Below the pieces are notes generated by a model. That model was not told the origin of the DNA and ran no database searches. It saw nothing but the letters and a program-made list of their open reading frames with translations. From assembly GCA_036172245.1 (NCBI GenBank), contig JAYWIR010000001.1:1178001-1242000 (forward strand): DNA of 64,000 bases. Direction: 5' to 3'. Source of the DNA: Raillietiella orientalis (taxonomy: Eukaryota). How positions within the stretch are numbered: position 1 is the first letter of the stretch; every line of letters begins with the position of its first letter. Both the position numbers and the translations under genes were made by a program. Of the stretch, positions 22,532 through 34,940 are shown in pieces.

Positions 22532-23605
22532 TCATCCCCAGGAGGGTCAGCTACGCCGCTGGAGGGATACCGTCCAGGAAGGCGAGGTGCGGCAAAGGTC
22601 AAAGTAAAAAAAAACGCCGGCAGTCCCCACCGGTCGCTGGACATCCGGCAGGAACGCGACCTCCCTCGGGTCGAGGCATCGCATAGAGGTCCTCAGGAGG
22701 GTCAGCTACTCTGCTGGAAGGACACGGCCGGGGTCAGCAGGAAGCAGAGGGTGCGCGAGAGGTCGGAGTGGTCTCCACCGGTTGCTGGCGGCGGCGATGT
22801 CCTCGCTCCGGGGCACACGGTGAGAACGCGACCTCCCCGCTCCCCCCCCCCGGGGTCGATGCGTTGCATCAGCGGCTCCGAGGAGGCGGGTCGGCCGAGA
22901 TCAGCCGGTCGAGGAGTTGCGCCAGGAGGGTTGGAAGTCTGCAGTCTCTTCGACGATGTCCAGAGTGGCCTAAGGAAGGCCCCCCTGACTGGACACCGAC
23001 TACTCGACCTGCACGGAGCGCCGTCAGCCAGCACGCCATCTGCGAAGGGCATTCGCCGAGGCGGCGGCGCCTTGACTACGGGGAGGTCGCCTTCTCGCAG
23101 GGTGTCCCGGGGAGAAGAGGTCGCCCTAGCGACCGGTGCTGATCACTGCGGCCTTCCTTTTCCCTTTGACGCGCCTCGTCTTCCTGGTGACTCTGGCAAG
23201 CTGACCATCAGGGGACCTCGGTGCGACCGTCTCTTCCCGGGGGGGGGGGGGGCGTTCGCGCTTTATGCCTCGGTGTGAAGATGCCGCCCTAGTGACTGGT
23301 GTGGTTGACCTCTGCAACCTTTTTCTCTTTGATCTTTGGAGCGCCTCGCCTTCCTGATGACCCCGGGCCATGCCCCTTCAGCGTAGCTGACTCTCTCTTC
23401 CGGCGTCCCCACCGCGGGGAGTTCAACGGGGATGCAGCCACCTCGCTTTCTTCCGGGTGATAGAGGTCGTGTCATGTCCTTTCCTCCCTCTGAGGAAGGG
23501 TGGAATATCCCTCGTCTCGTTCCTCACCCGCAGTGGGGTCGTCTGAAGCGTCCAGGAAGGGAGGCCGCTGGTCCGCAGAGGGAGAAAGTGCCGGACGGCC
23601 GCCCC
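22532..23605. repeat. Cluster of repeat family D fragments (inverted at about 22532-22612 and 22690-22755; direct at about 23155-23200 and 23318-23605)
   Basis: Core CTTCCTGATGACC...CCCTTCAGCGTAGCTGAC on +; reverse-complement form GGAGGGTCAGCTAC...CAGGAAGG in the upstream fragments. Confidence 0.7.
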
Positions 23606-25184
23606 TCTGGCACCACTCCCTCGGATTTCCATGGCGCCGTTCCTGACGCTGCTGATCCGCCATGCTTCAGGCGTCCCGAAATCGCGAGAGGTGGGAGGCA
23701 CGGCACGGGGGGAGGGCTGTGGGGGGGTTCTCCCCTTTCAGGCGGGAGGAGCACGCCGAAGAGATGTCGCCGCTGAGGGTGGACACCTCTGCCAGCCCCT
23801 GACGAGGGTATCCCCAGGCCGCCAAGCTCCCGAAGTCTCGGGGGCGCCAAGAGCAAATTTGCCCTCGGGCGACTCGCCTACGGGGGCGTCTCTGGGTTCC
23901 TTCCATTCCAGGAGGGGATGCCGCGGAGGTGGTGCTGGATGCTCTCCAGTCACATCGCTCGAGGTCGCTACCGCCGTCCCGTTCCTGCCCGCGGGGGAGA
24001 CCCCTCGCGACCGGCCTGCCCGATACTCGAAGTGTTGCCGCCTGTCCGCTCTCGCGGAGGCGGAGGCGTAACCATGGCAGCGCGCGCGCGCGCCTCCGTC
24101 GGGGTTAACCAGCACCGACGAGTGAAAGGGGGGGAGGAGGAGCGCCCCTAGCCTTCGCGCGCAAAAAAAAGGCCCTGGGGGCACGCAAAAATAAAAAAAT
24201 AAAAAAAAAAACAACAGACGAGGAGGAGGAGGAGGAGATGAAAGAGGCGTCGTCCTCTCTTCTCCCGCCCGAAAGAAACCTCCAAACACGTCGTCCTGGT
24301 CATGTCGGGCGCGGCGGAATGGAATTATGACGTGCACCCCCTTGACGTTTACTTTGTATCCCTGTTTGTTTGGGGAAGGCACCGTTCAGGATGGATGGCG
24401 AGCGGACCCATCGCAAATGGGGTGTTATGGGAGGCAATTTGTCAGCTCGCCGAGCGCCGGAGACGCATCCGACGGTCGCGGGCGACCAGCCAGCTTTGAC
24501 ACTTTTGTGCCGGGCCCCATTGTGCTCCGGGGAAGGCCGGCTCCGCGCAGGACAATGTTTGCGATCGCGCACCCCTATTTTCCCGATTTGCACAGCTGGG
24601 TAGCGGGGGCAACGAATGCCTGGCTCCCGACAAATCTCGGGTGAAAGGCGCGCCAAATTAAGGATTTATTTTAGCAGCGAAATTGAATTTCGGAAGATGC
24701 CACGTGATTAATGGAGGCAATTCCGCCCGTTGCCATGGCGCGCGCGCGAGCCCACGCGGGGGAGAGAAGGGGGGGGGGGGGAGGAAGGAAGGGAGCAAAG
24801 GATTTCCCGCTTCTGGCTTTGCTTGGCGGAGGCGCGGGGGAGGACGCGCACGCACGCCGGTAGAGTGGGTGGTAGGGAGAGGTTCGGCGGACCCACGCGC
24901 GGCCGCAGTTCAGCCCGCTCGACCCCGTGAAACCGGACCCACCCAACCGTTGACCCGCTTCCGACGTCCCCGGAGGATGCCGCGCCGCAGGGACCCCGCC
25001 TGACGGCCCGAGAAACCAGGGGTTCGAGGACCGACCTCTCTTCCTCCTCCTGCTGCTTAACCGGCGGTGGTATATCCCCGGCGGAGAGGACAAGAAGCGG
25101 AAGTGCCGCCCGGAAGCGCGTCCGAGCGCGCCTCCCGTCGGAAAGGAGACGCATCGCGAGGCATCACCAGCGTTGCTGTCTCCA

Positions 25185-25297
25185 TCAGCTCCTCCTCCTC
25201 TTCCTCCTCTTCCTTCCTTTCCCCTCCTTCCCTTTCTCCTATTCCTCCCTTTCTTCCCCCTTCCCCCTCCCTTCCTTCCTTCCTTCTCTCCTCCTCT
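25185..25297. repeat. CT-rich homopyrimidine tract
   Basis: Near-pure C/T run. Confidence 0.85.
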
Positions 25298-26018
25298 TGG
25301 TTCGGAGACGATGGTCCCGAGGGCAGGCAGCACCCCCCGTGCGGGAAGGGACGGCAAGGGTGGACCCGCCATGTCGCGGAGCCTGCGCGCCGTCTCCCGA
25401 TGAGCGACGCTTCCCGTCCGCCGGGGTTTCGGGGGGCCGCTGGAAAATTAACGATCGCGCGGACGGACATTCCGCCTGCGCGCCGGGGCGCGACCAGCTG
25501 GCCATCCCGGAAACGCCGGAGCTCGAATGGCTGCAGAGCCGCCCCCGCGTTTGGGGGGAAGGCCACACTCAAGAGCGCGGGATGTCGAATTCCTGGAGTG
25601 GGGGGAAGGAAGGGGGGGGGGGGGGAGGGCAAACCAGCGATGTGGTCCGTGGAACGCACCAAGGGCGTCCCCTCCACCCCCCACCCCCCTCCTCCTTCCG
25701 AGGCTGCGGAGGCAGGCAGGCGCTTCGCGGATCCTTTTATTGCCGTCGCCGTAATCCTTTTATTACGGCAGCGACATCTCGAACGCGCGCGGGTCCGTCG
25801 GCCGGGCGAGGGAGACTGCAGAGGAGCACCCATAAACGTCGTCTCCGGGCCGCTCCTTCACTGCACGCCGCTGCCGCCGCCCCCGCGGTCGCCACATCAC
25901 ACGGCCTGCCCCTCCTTCTCCTCGACCTCGTCATCCGGCTGCTCCCCTTCCCCCACGCCACCGCCGCCCGGAGACCACTTCTGGAGAGGAACAGCACTCG
26001 AGAGCAGCGCCGACACGA

Positions 26019-26320
26019 CCTTTTTCCCTTTGGCCTTTAGTGTATCTTGTCTTCCTGATGACCCGGGCCGTCACCCTTCAGCGTAGCTGACCCTCCTCAG
26101 GCATCCTCGCCGCGTGGCGTTCGACGGGGACGCAACTGTCCTCCCCTCTCCCCCCCCCCCCTTCCGGGTGGGGGTGGTCGAGCTCTGTGCTCTCTGAGGA
26201 TGGGAGGAGCTTCCCTCGGCTCGTTCACTCGCTCGCGGCGGGGTCGTCTGGCGCGTCCAGACCGGGAGGCCGCTCGTCCGTCCGCGTAGGGCGAGGAAAA
26301 TGGGACATCCGGACGGCTTC
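26019..26320 (+). repeat. Repeat family D copy, direct match to 23318-23605
   Basis: Collinear shared blocks CTTCCTGATGACCC, CCCTTCAGCGTAGCTGAC, CTCTGAGGA, GGGGTCGTCTG, GCGTCCAG, GGGAGGCCGCT. Confidence 0.78.
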
Positions 26321-27262
26321 TGCTGACCCGTCGGAGCGACACCCACAGTGTGACTTTCTTCAGAGGATGGGGCGTGCGGGGGCGGAGGAGGACTCGTCGT
26401 CCTTCCCTTCCCGCTCCCAGAGGGCTGGGAAGGGAGGCGGGAGGGGAGGCGGGAAGGCATTTGTTCCGCGCGCACTTCCCGTGAATGGAGGTGGGAACGC
26501 CGGGTTCTCCCGCGGAGGCTTCCCCAGAAGGGTCAACGGCGGGGGAAGGGGGAGGGAGGAGGGGGAGGGGCCCCCGGCGCGCGGCAGCGCCCGCCTCCTT
26601 GCCGAGGCGAATTGCGGAGGCGCCTCCGGGCGGAAGGGGCGGGAACCACTCCGTTCCCGCTCCGGGGAAGGGCGGTACGGAGGCGGGGGAGTTCTTCCGG
26701 GGAAAAGTAGGCGCCTCCTCCCTCGCGGGCGCGGCCCGGAACCCGACCGCGGGGGACGCGGTTTCCTCCTTCCCCCGCCGCCGCTGCCGCCTGCGCTGCG
26801 AGCAGCTTTCGCCCAGAGAGAGTGAAATTTCCAGGAAGGGAAGGGGAGCGGGATAGGGCGTGGGGAGGAGGGCGGTGGCGTGGAGTGGAGGCGCGCACGG
26901 ACGCGGCATGGGGCCCCCCAAGCATCTCCGCGCGCCGCGCCGGGGGGCGGATTCCCCAGAAATTCGGAAACGGCCTAAGCCCCCCTTTGTGGCAGGCGGG
27001 ACCCGCGCGCGGATTAAGACCTCCAACCCCTTCGGATGTGTGAAAGGTCACACCTGGAGATGCGCGCTCCGTCACTTAAGATGAGGCTGCGGCAGGTGTG
27101 CACGCGAGGGCGTCGGTGGGCGGGCGTCAGCGGCGGCGGAATTTTTATGGCCTCTTCGGAGGTTTCGGAGGAAAAGGCCCGCTCCCTCTGCGGCGTTCTG
27201 AGGGGGGGAGTCCCGGAGCAGGAGGAGGGAAAAGGATCGGAAAGCCGGCGGGGAGTGCGCGC

Positions 27263-27482
27263 GAAGAGGCGGAGGAGGAAGAAAGGGGAGGAGGACGGGA
27301 AAAGGGAAAAGGAGGAGGAAGGGAAAAAGAAGGAAAGGAAGGGAAGAGGAGATGGAGGAGAAAAGGGAGGAGGAGGTGGAGGGAAGATAGGGAGAAGGAA
27401 GAAAAGGAGAGTGAAAAGAAGAAGAGGAGGAATGGAAAGAGAACAGGCAATGAGGATGAGGAGGAAGAAGTGGAGGAGGAGG
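27263..27482. repeat. GA-rich homopurine tract
   Basis: About 220 bp G/A-rich low-complexity sequence. Confidence 0.85.
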
Positions 27483-28779
27483 CTGGCCTGACGGCAGCCG
27501 TCCGCACTGCCGGTAGCTCCATGGCCTGTCTCTTCCAGACGCTCTTCCTCGGACCGGCCTTCGCCGCCCGCGTCGCTCGAGAGTGGAGGTCGCGCCCTCT
27601 GGCATCCGACTTCAGAGAGAAGGACAGGTCTCGTCTCCTCCTGAGAAAATCCTCGACATTTCGCGATCTTCCCCGCGGGTCGGGAAACATCACTGAAAGA
27701 GGGGTAGGTGGCCCCGTGCTCTCCAGCAGTTTCCTAGGTGGTGCATGAGAGCGCATCTCCTCGCTGTAGCCCTGAGGTTGAGTTGGAATGGGGGCTGGAG
27801 GGGGGGAGGGGAGCAGCTCCCGCTTTCTTCCCCGAGGCAAGAGGAGGACGCTGCTTCCCGAAGAAGCTCCATACGTGACCCTCTTTCTTTCCGGGTTAAG
27901 CCTTGCCGAGCTCTCAAATCAAATGACCCCAAGCGTTCGTGGCGCCTCCATGCCAGACGAAGGAACTTCCATCCTCCTCGGCGGTCGTAGCAGGTCCACC
28001 CCCTGGACAATGTGGCTCGTATGTCCGGACGACGTCGCCGTCCGAAAGCGCCCGATGGGAGAGGCAGCGGAGGACACCCGCCAGGGACACGACTGCATTT
28101 GGACTCGGACCACGCTCGCACGTGCCAATGCTCCCTCAGGAGGTTCGGGCCGCTTCGCCCCCGCGAGCGGCGGCGGACGGAGTTTGTTGTGGCCTCTGGA
28201 ATCTTCGGCGCGAGCCGTTCCGGGGCCTCAGCGGCTACGCTTGGGTCCGACGAGTTTCGGGAAAGAGGGGACTCCCATGGCCAGGTTCCCACCGGAGCGC
28301 ATCGAAGCGCTGCAGGAGACGCTCCAGTGAAGTGTCGCCGTCGCCGCAGTGGAACACCTCACGCGGTGAGCGAGTGGGCAGTGCTTTTTCCCACACACGG
28401 AGAGGAGGATGCCCAATCCAGAGGCTGCTTCCTGACTGCGAAGCTCCTGCATTGTCCCGCTTGAGAGGGATGGATCACGCGACCGTCATCTTCTAGAGAC
28501 GCTCGTTCTTCAGCTCGCCGTTCCGACCAATTCCCAGGCCGGAACGTCTTCTTCGGCAGGGAGGAGCAATAGGTGGACCAGCTCGAGGGCTCCAAACCAA
28601 AAAGTTTCCACGGTCCGGCAACGAGGGAAACTCTGCAACGAACGCACTACGAAGAGCTGAGCTCTCTTTCCCGTGGCTGCTAGCAGTCTCCACCTTCGGG
28701 CGGTTTGCCAAAATCGCCAGGCTCTGCTTCCAAGGCGACACGAACCAGCTCGTTTCCCGGAAAGTCATCAGCCGAGGGA

Positions 28780-28952
28780 ACTTCTATCTCTTGTACGTCT
28801 CTTGTCCTCCGTGTCACGTCTTCCATCTCTCCTCTTCTGTCACTTGTCTCCTGTCCCTGGTCTTCTGTCTCGTCTTTTTCCACTCTTCTGTCTCGTATCT
28901 TCCATCTCTTGTCTCTTGCATGTCTCGTGTCTTCCGTCTTTTGTTTCTTGTA
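28780..28952. repeat. Degenerate (TGTCTC/TCT)n simple repeat
   Basis: Recurring tgtctc, tgtctt and tcttgtc units. Confidence 0.7.
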
Positions 28953-31900
28953 TGCCTGGAGAAAAGCAGCTGAGCAGCTTCTCACAAGCGGAGTCTCTAT
29001 AAGAGCGAGGCGAGCTTCCTTTTCGCCTCCGACTCGCAGCTTCCACGAAGGATCTCTCCACCACGTTTTCTTTTTGTTTCCCAGGTCTGTCGCTTTGGTT
29101 CGTGCCGATGCTGCTGGCTTCTGGGATGACGGAGAGCATCTGCCTCTTTGTGTCCCCAGCCGCCGGAGGACTGCGCGTCCTTGGATGCATGAGACATGCA
29201 AGAGCCGGAGTTTCCCTAAAGGGCGTGGAGGGGCGATCCCCGTCGTGCACCGAGGACGTGGCGGTTCCCCTCTGCAGGCGTCGGCCTAGCCTCCTCATTC
29301 CCGGGAGACGGTTGCGCAGCGGTTCCTCTCACCCTCGGATCGAAGGGAGACTGGGAGCCAGCAAGGTCTCCTGCACGGAGCCATGAGTGCGGACGGCAGG
29401 ATGGCTCCACCGCCCGCCCTTCCACTGCGCTGGAACCTCTCCCGACCAAGTCGCCATGGCGACTGCGCCGACGCACTGCCGCTGGCAGTAGATGCAGGCT
29501 GCCTTTCCTGTTCCTGAAGGGAAAAAAGGGGGGCGTTGGAGCCAAGGCAGGAGCCAGGAGGCGGCCTTCCCCGTTCCGTCCTTCCTCGAGCGCACGTCCG
29601 TCAGGACGCATCGGGAGCGTCAGCATCTGTTCTCTTCCCCGGGATCGCCAGCTGCTGAGGGTGGGAGAGCGTACCCCCGTTCAATTCCCTGGGTACCCTA
29701 CCCCCAACCCTCCTCCCCCTCCGGTCCTTTTTCCTCCCTGCTCTGTAGGTTCGGGGAACCCGGGAAACGTGCTGCGAGACGTAGGGGCTGCCGCTCGCCC
29801 CAGTCGCCCCTCTCCCTCACTCCGGCTTGCCGCTTCGCGCGCAGGGAATGACTCCCCTCTCTTTCCCCACTCTCTCCCAGACCGTCGATCGATCACTGGG
29901 GCTCGTCCACGCGGACCCATCGCGCGTTCACCACGGGATTAGACGGCGCCTCGCGAGAGACCCTCGCGCCATTGAATTAGGCGGCCGCGCCGGGGGCAGA
30001 TCCCCCTCTCCTGAATAAGGGCTCGGGATTTCGGAACGAGGGACCGCTCGTGCAAGATGGGAGCAGGGAGGGACGGCGGGATCCTCTGCTTTCCCCCGTG
30101 GGGTGGGGGGGGGGACGAGGGGGCGCGGGGAGTGCCTGAGGGAAAAGCAGCGCGCTCACATCCCGCCGGCGCCTCGGGGCGAGTCTGCCTCGACCTCGGA
30201 GATCCCGCTGGAAAACCCACCGCTCGCCCCTCCCCTTCCCCCTTCTCCATCCCGACCCAACCCGCAAAGGTAGGACGGCGCATCTCTCCCTCCCACCTCC
30301 GTTCCCGCCGCAGCGCTCCCGGCTCCAAGATCGGAGGCGTCTCCAGGTGGGTACGGGAGGAGGTGGACGTCGGGAGCAGGGAGCTCTTTCGGAAGGGGAG
30401 AGGAGAGGTCCCGGATAGTCCTTTTGGCTGGAGAGGGGGAGAGTAGCTGCCCTAGGTAGCGGAGGGCGATCGTTGGTGCGGTGTCAGGGGGAGGTGCCCG
30501 CGTGCACTGCTGAGAGCATGCGCGTTCCCCCGGGCGCGCTCTCGACGCCGCAGCGTGCGGACCAGGTGAGCGGGAGCTGCCGTCCCTTGGGGAGGGAATG
30601 ATGGAGGAGGAGAGACGTCACAGAGGGGGAGCGGCCGGCCGTCGGGACACGCAGGAGATTCCTGTGCGTTAGAAGGATTGACGCAGGCGTCCCGTCATGG
30701 CGCCCCGGCTGCGGGCCGGGAGGGGCGATGCCGTTATCGGGAACAGCCAAAGATCAAGTGGGCTCGTCCTCGGGCCTCCGCTCGCGGGCTTCAGCATCCG
30801 TCCCCGAGCTGATAACGCAGGCGGAGCCGGGTCGGTGGCGCTGGCCTGAGCGGCTGCGGCGGCGGCGGGGCAGGAGGGCGCGGAGGGGAGAAGTGAAGGG
30901 GAGGGCGCCCTGGAGCGGGTGGCGCGCAGCCTTTCCTTCCGCTTCCGGGAGGGGCTGCCTGCCTGGAGTGCCAGGGACGGCGAAGCCGTGGGTAGGTCAG
31001 GAGGGAGGATGCTGGAGGATGACCTCCGGGCTGTCCCGCTTTCTATTCCTTCTCCCCCTTCGTTCCTCGAGGACGCGGGGGTTGCTCCGCCGCAGACAGT
31101 GAATGACAGAGTCCGGAGGTGCGGCGGAGGTGGTTTCTGAGGGGGTGGAGGGAAGGAGAGGGGAAGGGAAGGGGGGGGGGGAGATAAGGCCGCATTTTTA
31201 TCTGTTTGCGCTCCCGAGATAACCCTTATCTTCCCGTCGATCCCGCTCGCCCTCCCGGAACGGTTCCTCCCATATCGGAGTTTCCGAGGACGCCCGCCCG
31301 GCAGAAGGGAGGCTGGCGACGTCGCGCGCCGCCTCCGCCGCCCACGTGCGCCCTCCCTACGTCTCGCGCGGAGCGGAGGGAACAGAAAACTAGGGGGTCC
31401 GAGAAACGTCCCTCCTCCACCTCGAGTGGGGCGACCTGTCGGGAATCGGAACAGGGGCGTCGTGCCCCACGAGGACCGTCGTCCTGGAGGAGGGAGGGAG
31501 GGAGCATGGAGGCGCGCTGTCCACGGCTCGCATCCCCCAAGGGAAGAACTCAAAGCGGGCCAGGACGAGCCCCCCCACTCTTGAAGGGAGCAAGCGGAAA
31601 ACGGAAGGGCCGGTCCAAGGGTTTCTCACCTTCTCCACCGGCCCGCTTTCTTGTAAGGTCATGTGGCCTTTCCGGAGGTCAGCGGCCCTCAGAAATAACT
31701 CTGGCCGACACCAGCCCTGATGAAGCCGGCAGGGGGACGAATCCATGCGATCGAGGAGAAGACGACCCTTCCTTTGATGACTCTCCGAAAAAAAAATCCC
31801 CAAAAGGCGCAGAGACGACCTGGGTCCGCAGACATGCGGCCCGCGGACCCCAGGAGTGCCCGCAGCGCTGAGAAGGCGCCGGGGCGCAGCACAGGAAATC

Positions 31901-31995
31901 GGGGGTGCGTGCTCCCCAGAAAACGTGGGTTCTAGGCCGCGAGCACGCCAGCCAGAAAACAGCTGCTGCCCAACGAGGGGATAGGAGGTCCAGGG

Positions 31996-32297
31996 TTTGC
32001 CTGCCTCTCCTCCTTTCCTCTTTATCCTTTCCTCCCTTCGTCCTCCTCCTCCTATTCCTCTCTTCCTTCTCTTTCTCCTCTTCGTCCTCCCTTCCTATTT
32101 TTCTCTTCTTCCACCTCCTCCTCCCTTCTACCATTCGTCATGCTCCTCCTCTTCCTCCCTTCCTCTCTCTATTTCTCGTCCACCTCCCCTCGCTTCCTTC
32201 TCCTCTTCCCTTCGTTCTCTTCATCCCATCGTCCTCCGCCTCCTCTCTTTCCCTCTGCTTCCTCCTCCCATCCTTCTCCTCCCTCGCTCCCGCTCTC
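31996..32297. repeat. CT-rich homopyrimidine tract
   Basis: About 300 bp C/T-rich low-complexity sequence. Confidence 0.85.
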
Positions 32298-33248
32298 GCG
32301 TCAAGTCTCGGGCATGTGCATGTGCGTCGCCAAGGTCACGATGCAGGAGGAAGGGCTGTGGACACGCTGGGACGCGGCGGCGGGAGCACGAGCGAGCAAT
32401 CCGTCCTCTGACAGCAGAGACGGCCTCGGTCTGCTGCTTCCGGCACCTCTGGGGATGTTTGCTCCCCCTCCTGTTAGCTTCGCGCGTCTTAGACTCGTTC
32501 CCTCCCTCCTCGCAAGGAAGGAGCGCCACCGAACCCACGAAACCTCGATCTCTGAAGGCCGCCGCCGTTCTTGGAGAACGCAGATCTAGGACCAGACTCC
32601 CTGTGGGGTGGTTGGTAGGAGGGATCCACAGGGTTTCCGGAGTCCCGCAGAGACCCCCGGGTTTCGAGTCAGAGCCATCTCCAGTGGGAATTCCCAATCA
32701 CGCGCGAACCTCCCCCGATGCAGTGGCGGGTCCATGGAAGTGAGCAGCCTGTCTGGCACGAGAGGCTGCGGGTCTAGTGTCCCCTTCCTCCCGGAGGAAT
32801 GGGGGCGCGCGCCCATTTTCCACGGGCAGAAATATCGTAGATGATCATGACGCGGAATTCTCAAGGAGCTTTGAGGACGGAGGAAGGGTTGCCAGAACGC
32901 TCAGGAATTTTTTTATGGCCGTTCCCCGAGACATCGATCCATCATCGGTGATGGGTAAATGTCGTGTCGTCCGGATGGGGGAACGAGAGGGGTCATCCGG
33001 TGCGTGAGCCGTGGAGGCTCGCTCGGGCGCGCCAAGAGGCGAACCGCCCGGATCGGCTCCTGCGCATCGCCTGTTGTCCGAGTATCGCCTCCGGCCTGCG
33101 TTCCGCTCCTTCCGCCCTGTCGCGCGGTGACATCGCGAGGGCTTGCATTAAGAGGAGGAGAGGGGAAAAAATCGCCGAAGATGTGGGTGTTCTCCAGCTG
33201 GAGGTGGTTGCAAGCAGCTTCCCGCTTCATCCGCCCCCTTTTTCCCCC

Positions 33249-33408
33249 TCTGGACTCCGGAAGTCTTTCCAAGCGGGAACCTATTCAACTCTCTTCTTAC
33301 GCAGGGTGTGGGACCCGCTGCCCTTGTCCTCGAGCGCTCCGTCCTCCGGGCAGATGCCCAGTCCGTTCAAGGTATCCGTACGTCCCCTGACGTGTGTCCG
33401 TTTTCGCT
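33249..33408 (+). repeat. 160-bp direct repeat, copy 1
   Basis: Matches 37577-37736 with only 2 substitutions that I can see. Confidence 0.92.
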
Positions 33409-34339
33409 CCCTCCCTTCGTCCGGCGAGTGCCCAGCCATGGCCACCTTCGGACATGCAGCTTTCCGGTTTCTCTCGCCCAGCCACCGCAATCCCTTCCGG
33501 GAGCCGGAGGGCACCAGCACCTGCTGCCGACCCCCGGCCTCTCTCTCTTCCTCCTTCCCTTCTCTTAGCTTTTCTTCGAGTTCGCCCTGAACTGTCTGCG
33601 ACTCCTGTCGCCGAGTGGGGCTTCGTCCCACCCTCTCGCCCCTCCCTGGTGTCCAGGCAGCACGCCGACTTCCGCTTCAGTCGTACACTCCATCCGGTGC
33701 TGAAATCCAACCCTTCCCTTTTGTCCTCACCCCGGTCCGTTTCCCTCCTTGGGGAGAAAGAAAATGCCCGAAGGGGGTGCAAAGAGGGCGCGAAGAACTT
33801 CGTTCCTCCCTGCGCAGATGGCGAATCCGGCTCTGCCATGAGGACGCAGAGGACGTCGCTCCCTCCCACCCCGTCCCCGCGTAAGAGTGCCGCTGCTTCC
33901 GTCACTCCCCGCGTCTGGAGACCACCTCTCCCGGCGAACACGGTGGCGGCGTCCTGCGAAAGACGTCTTCATGGTTCAGGTGTTCGTCCGTGGCACCACG
34001 GAGGGTGATGCCGCAGAGAGGTGGAAGAGCTGGCGACGGTTCCCTTTGGAAGGTGAATTTCCCGTGTTGCTCATCCAGCAGCCACTCCTCGGACTATGGG
34101 CAAGACCTGTGTAAGAGGAAGTGGATGGTGAGGGTCGCCAGGGTTTCAGATCAAGTGCGTCGCCTCGGTGATGCCACGCCATAGAACACCGTGATGCCTT
34201 TGAGGCAGCGATTTCAACAGGCGGTTGGAGATGGATCCAGCCAAACCGAAGTGATCAAGGAACCACAGTTGTGGGCTCGGAAGCAGTTACTCAACCCTGA
34301 GCCCGCGATGACACCCCAAGCTTCCATTTTTCTTTTTTT

Positions 34340-34940
34340 AAATTCGGGGGGAAACCTCGCGGGGGCCACCCTTTGAACCCAGGAAGGCTCTGGAGGAAGG
34401 AGTCCGTTCCCTCTACTCTTGGTAGGGTACCCAGGAGGCAACCTTTACCATTGTCGTCTCCTAAAGGAGTCTGCAAGGGGACCACTTCCTTATTCTCTCG
34501 GGAGGGATCCCCCGGAAGGGGCCACTCCTCGCTTCTTCTCCAGAGGGAACCCTCAAGGGAACTGCTCCTTGTTTCCCTCTCTGAAGAGAACCTCGAAGAG
34601 ACCACCGCGCTTCTGGCACTCTGGAAAGGTATCACTCAACCAGCTCCATGGTAACAGCTCCATTATCTCTACCGGAAAGGAAACCCCGAAGGGGTCCTTG
34701 ATTCTTGGAAGAATCCCAGAAGGTCGACTTCCTATCCTGAGCAGTCAACGGGGGGGCATCCAGCTTCCAGCAGTGCCGCTCCCGAAGCCAACCGGGGCAG
34801 CCAGCGTCATCTTGCAGGGAGGACTCGAAACCCGCGACCCAACCCCATTTCTCGGCATCGATCCTTCCCCGGGTGGGATTCCAACCCACAACACGTGGTA
34901 CCATGGGCGGAGAACGCAGCCACACGGCCGCCAACGAGGA
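34340..34940 (-). mobile_element. tRNA-headed SINE-like element, copy a
   Basis: Minus-strand head TCCTCGTTGGCGGCCGTGTGGCTGCG...GTGGGTTGGAATCCCACCCGGGGAAGG; body matches the copies at 51.5, 56.4 and 60.9 kb. Confidence 0.75.

Noticed and set aside
12400-32800. Many overlapping 150-390-aa Arg/Pro/Gly-rich ORFs outside the called exons
   Set aside because: Expected from stop-codon scarcity at high GC and in purine/pyrimidine tracts; they occur in all six frames with no motifs.
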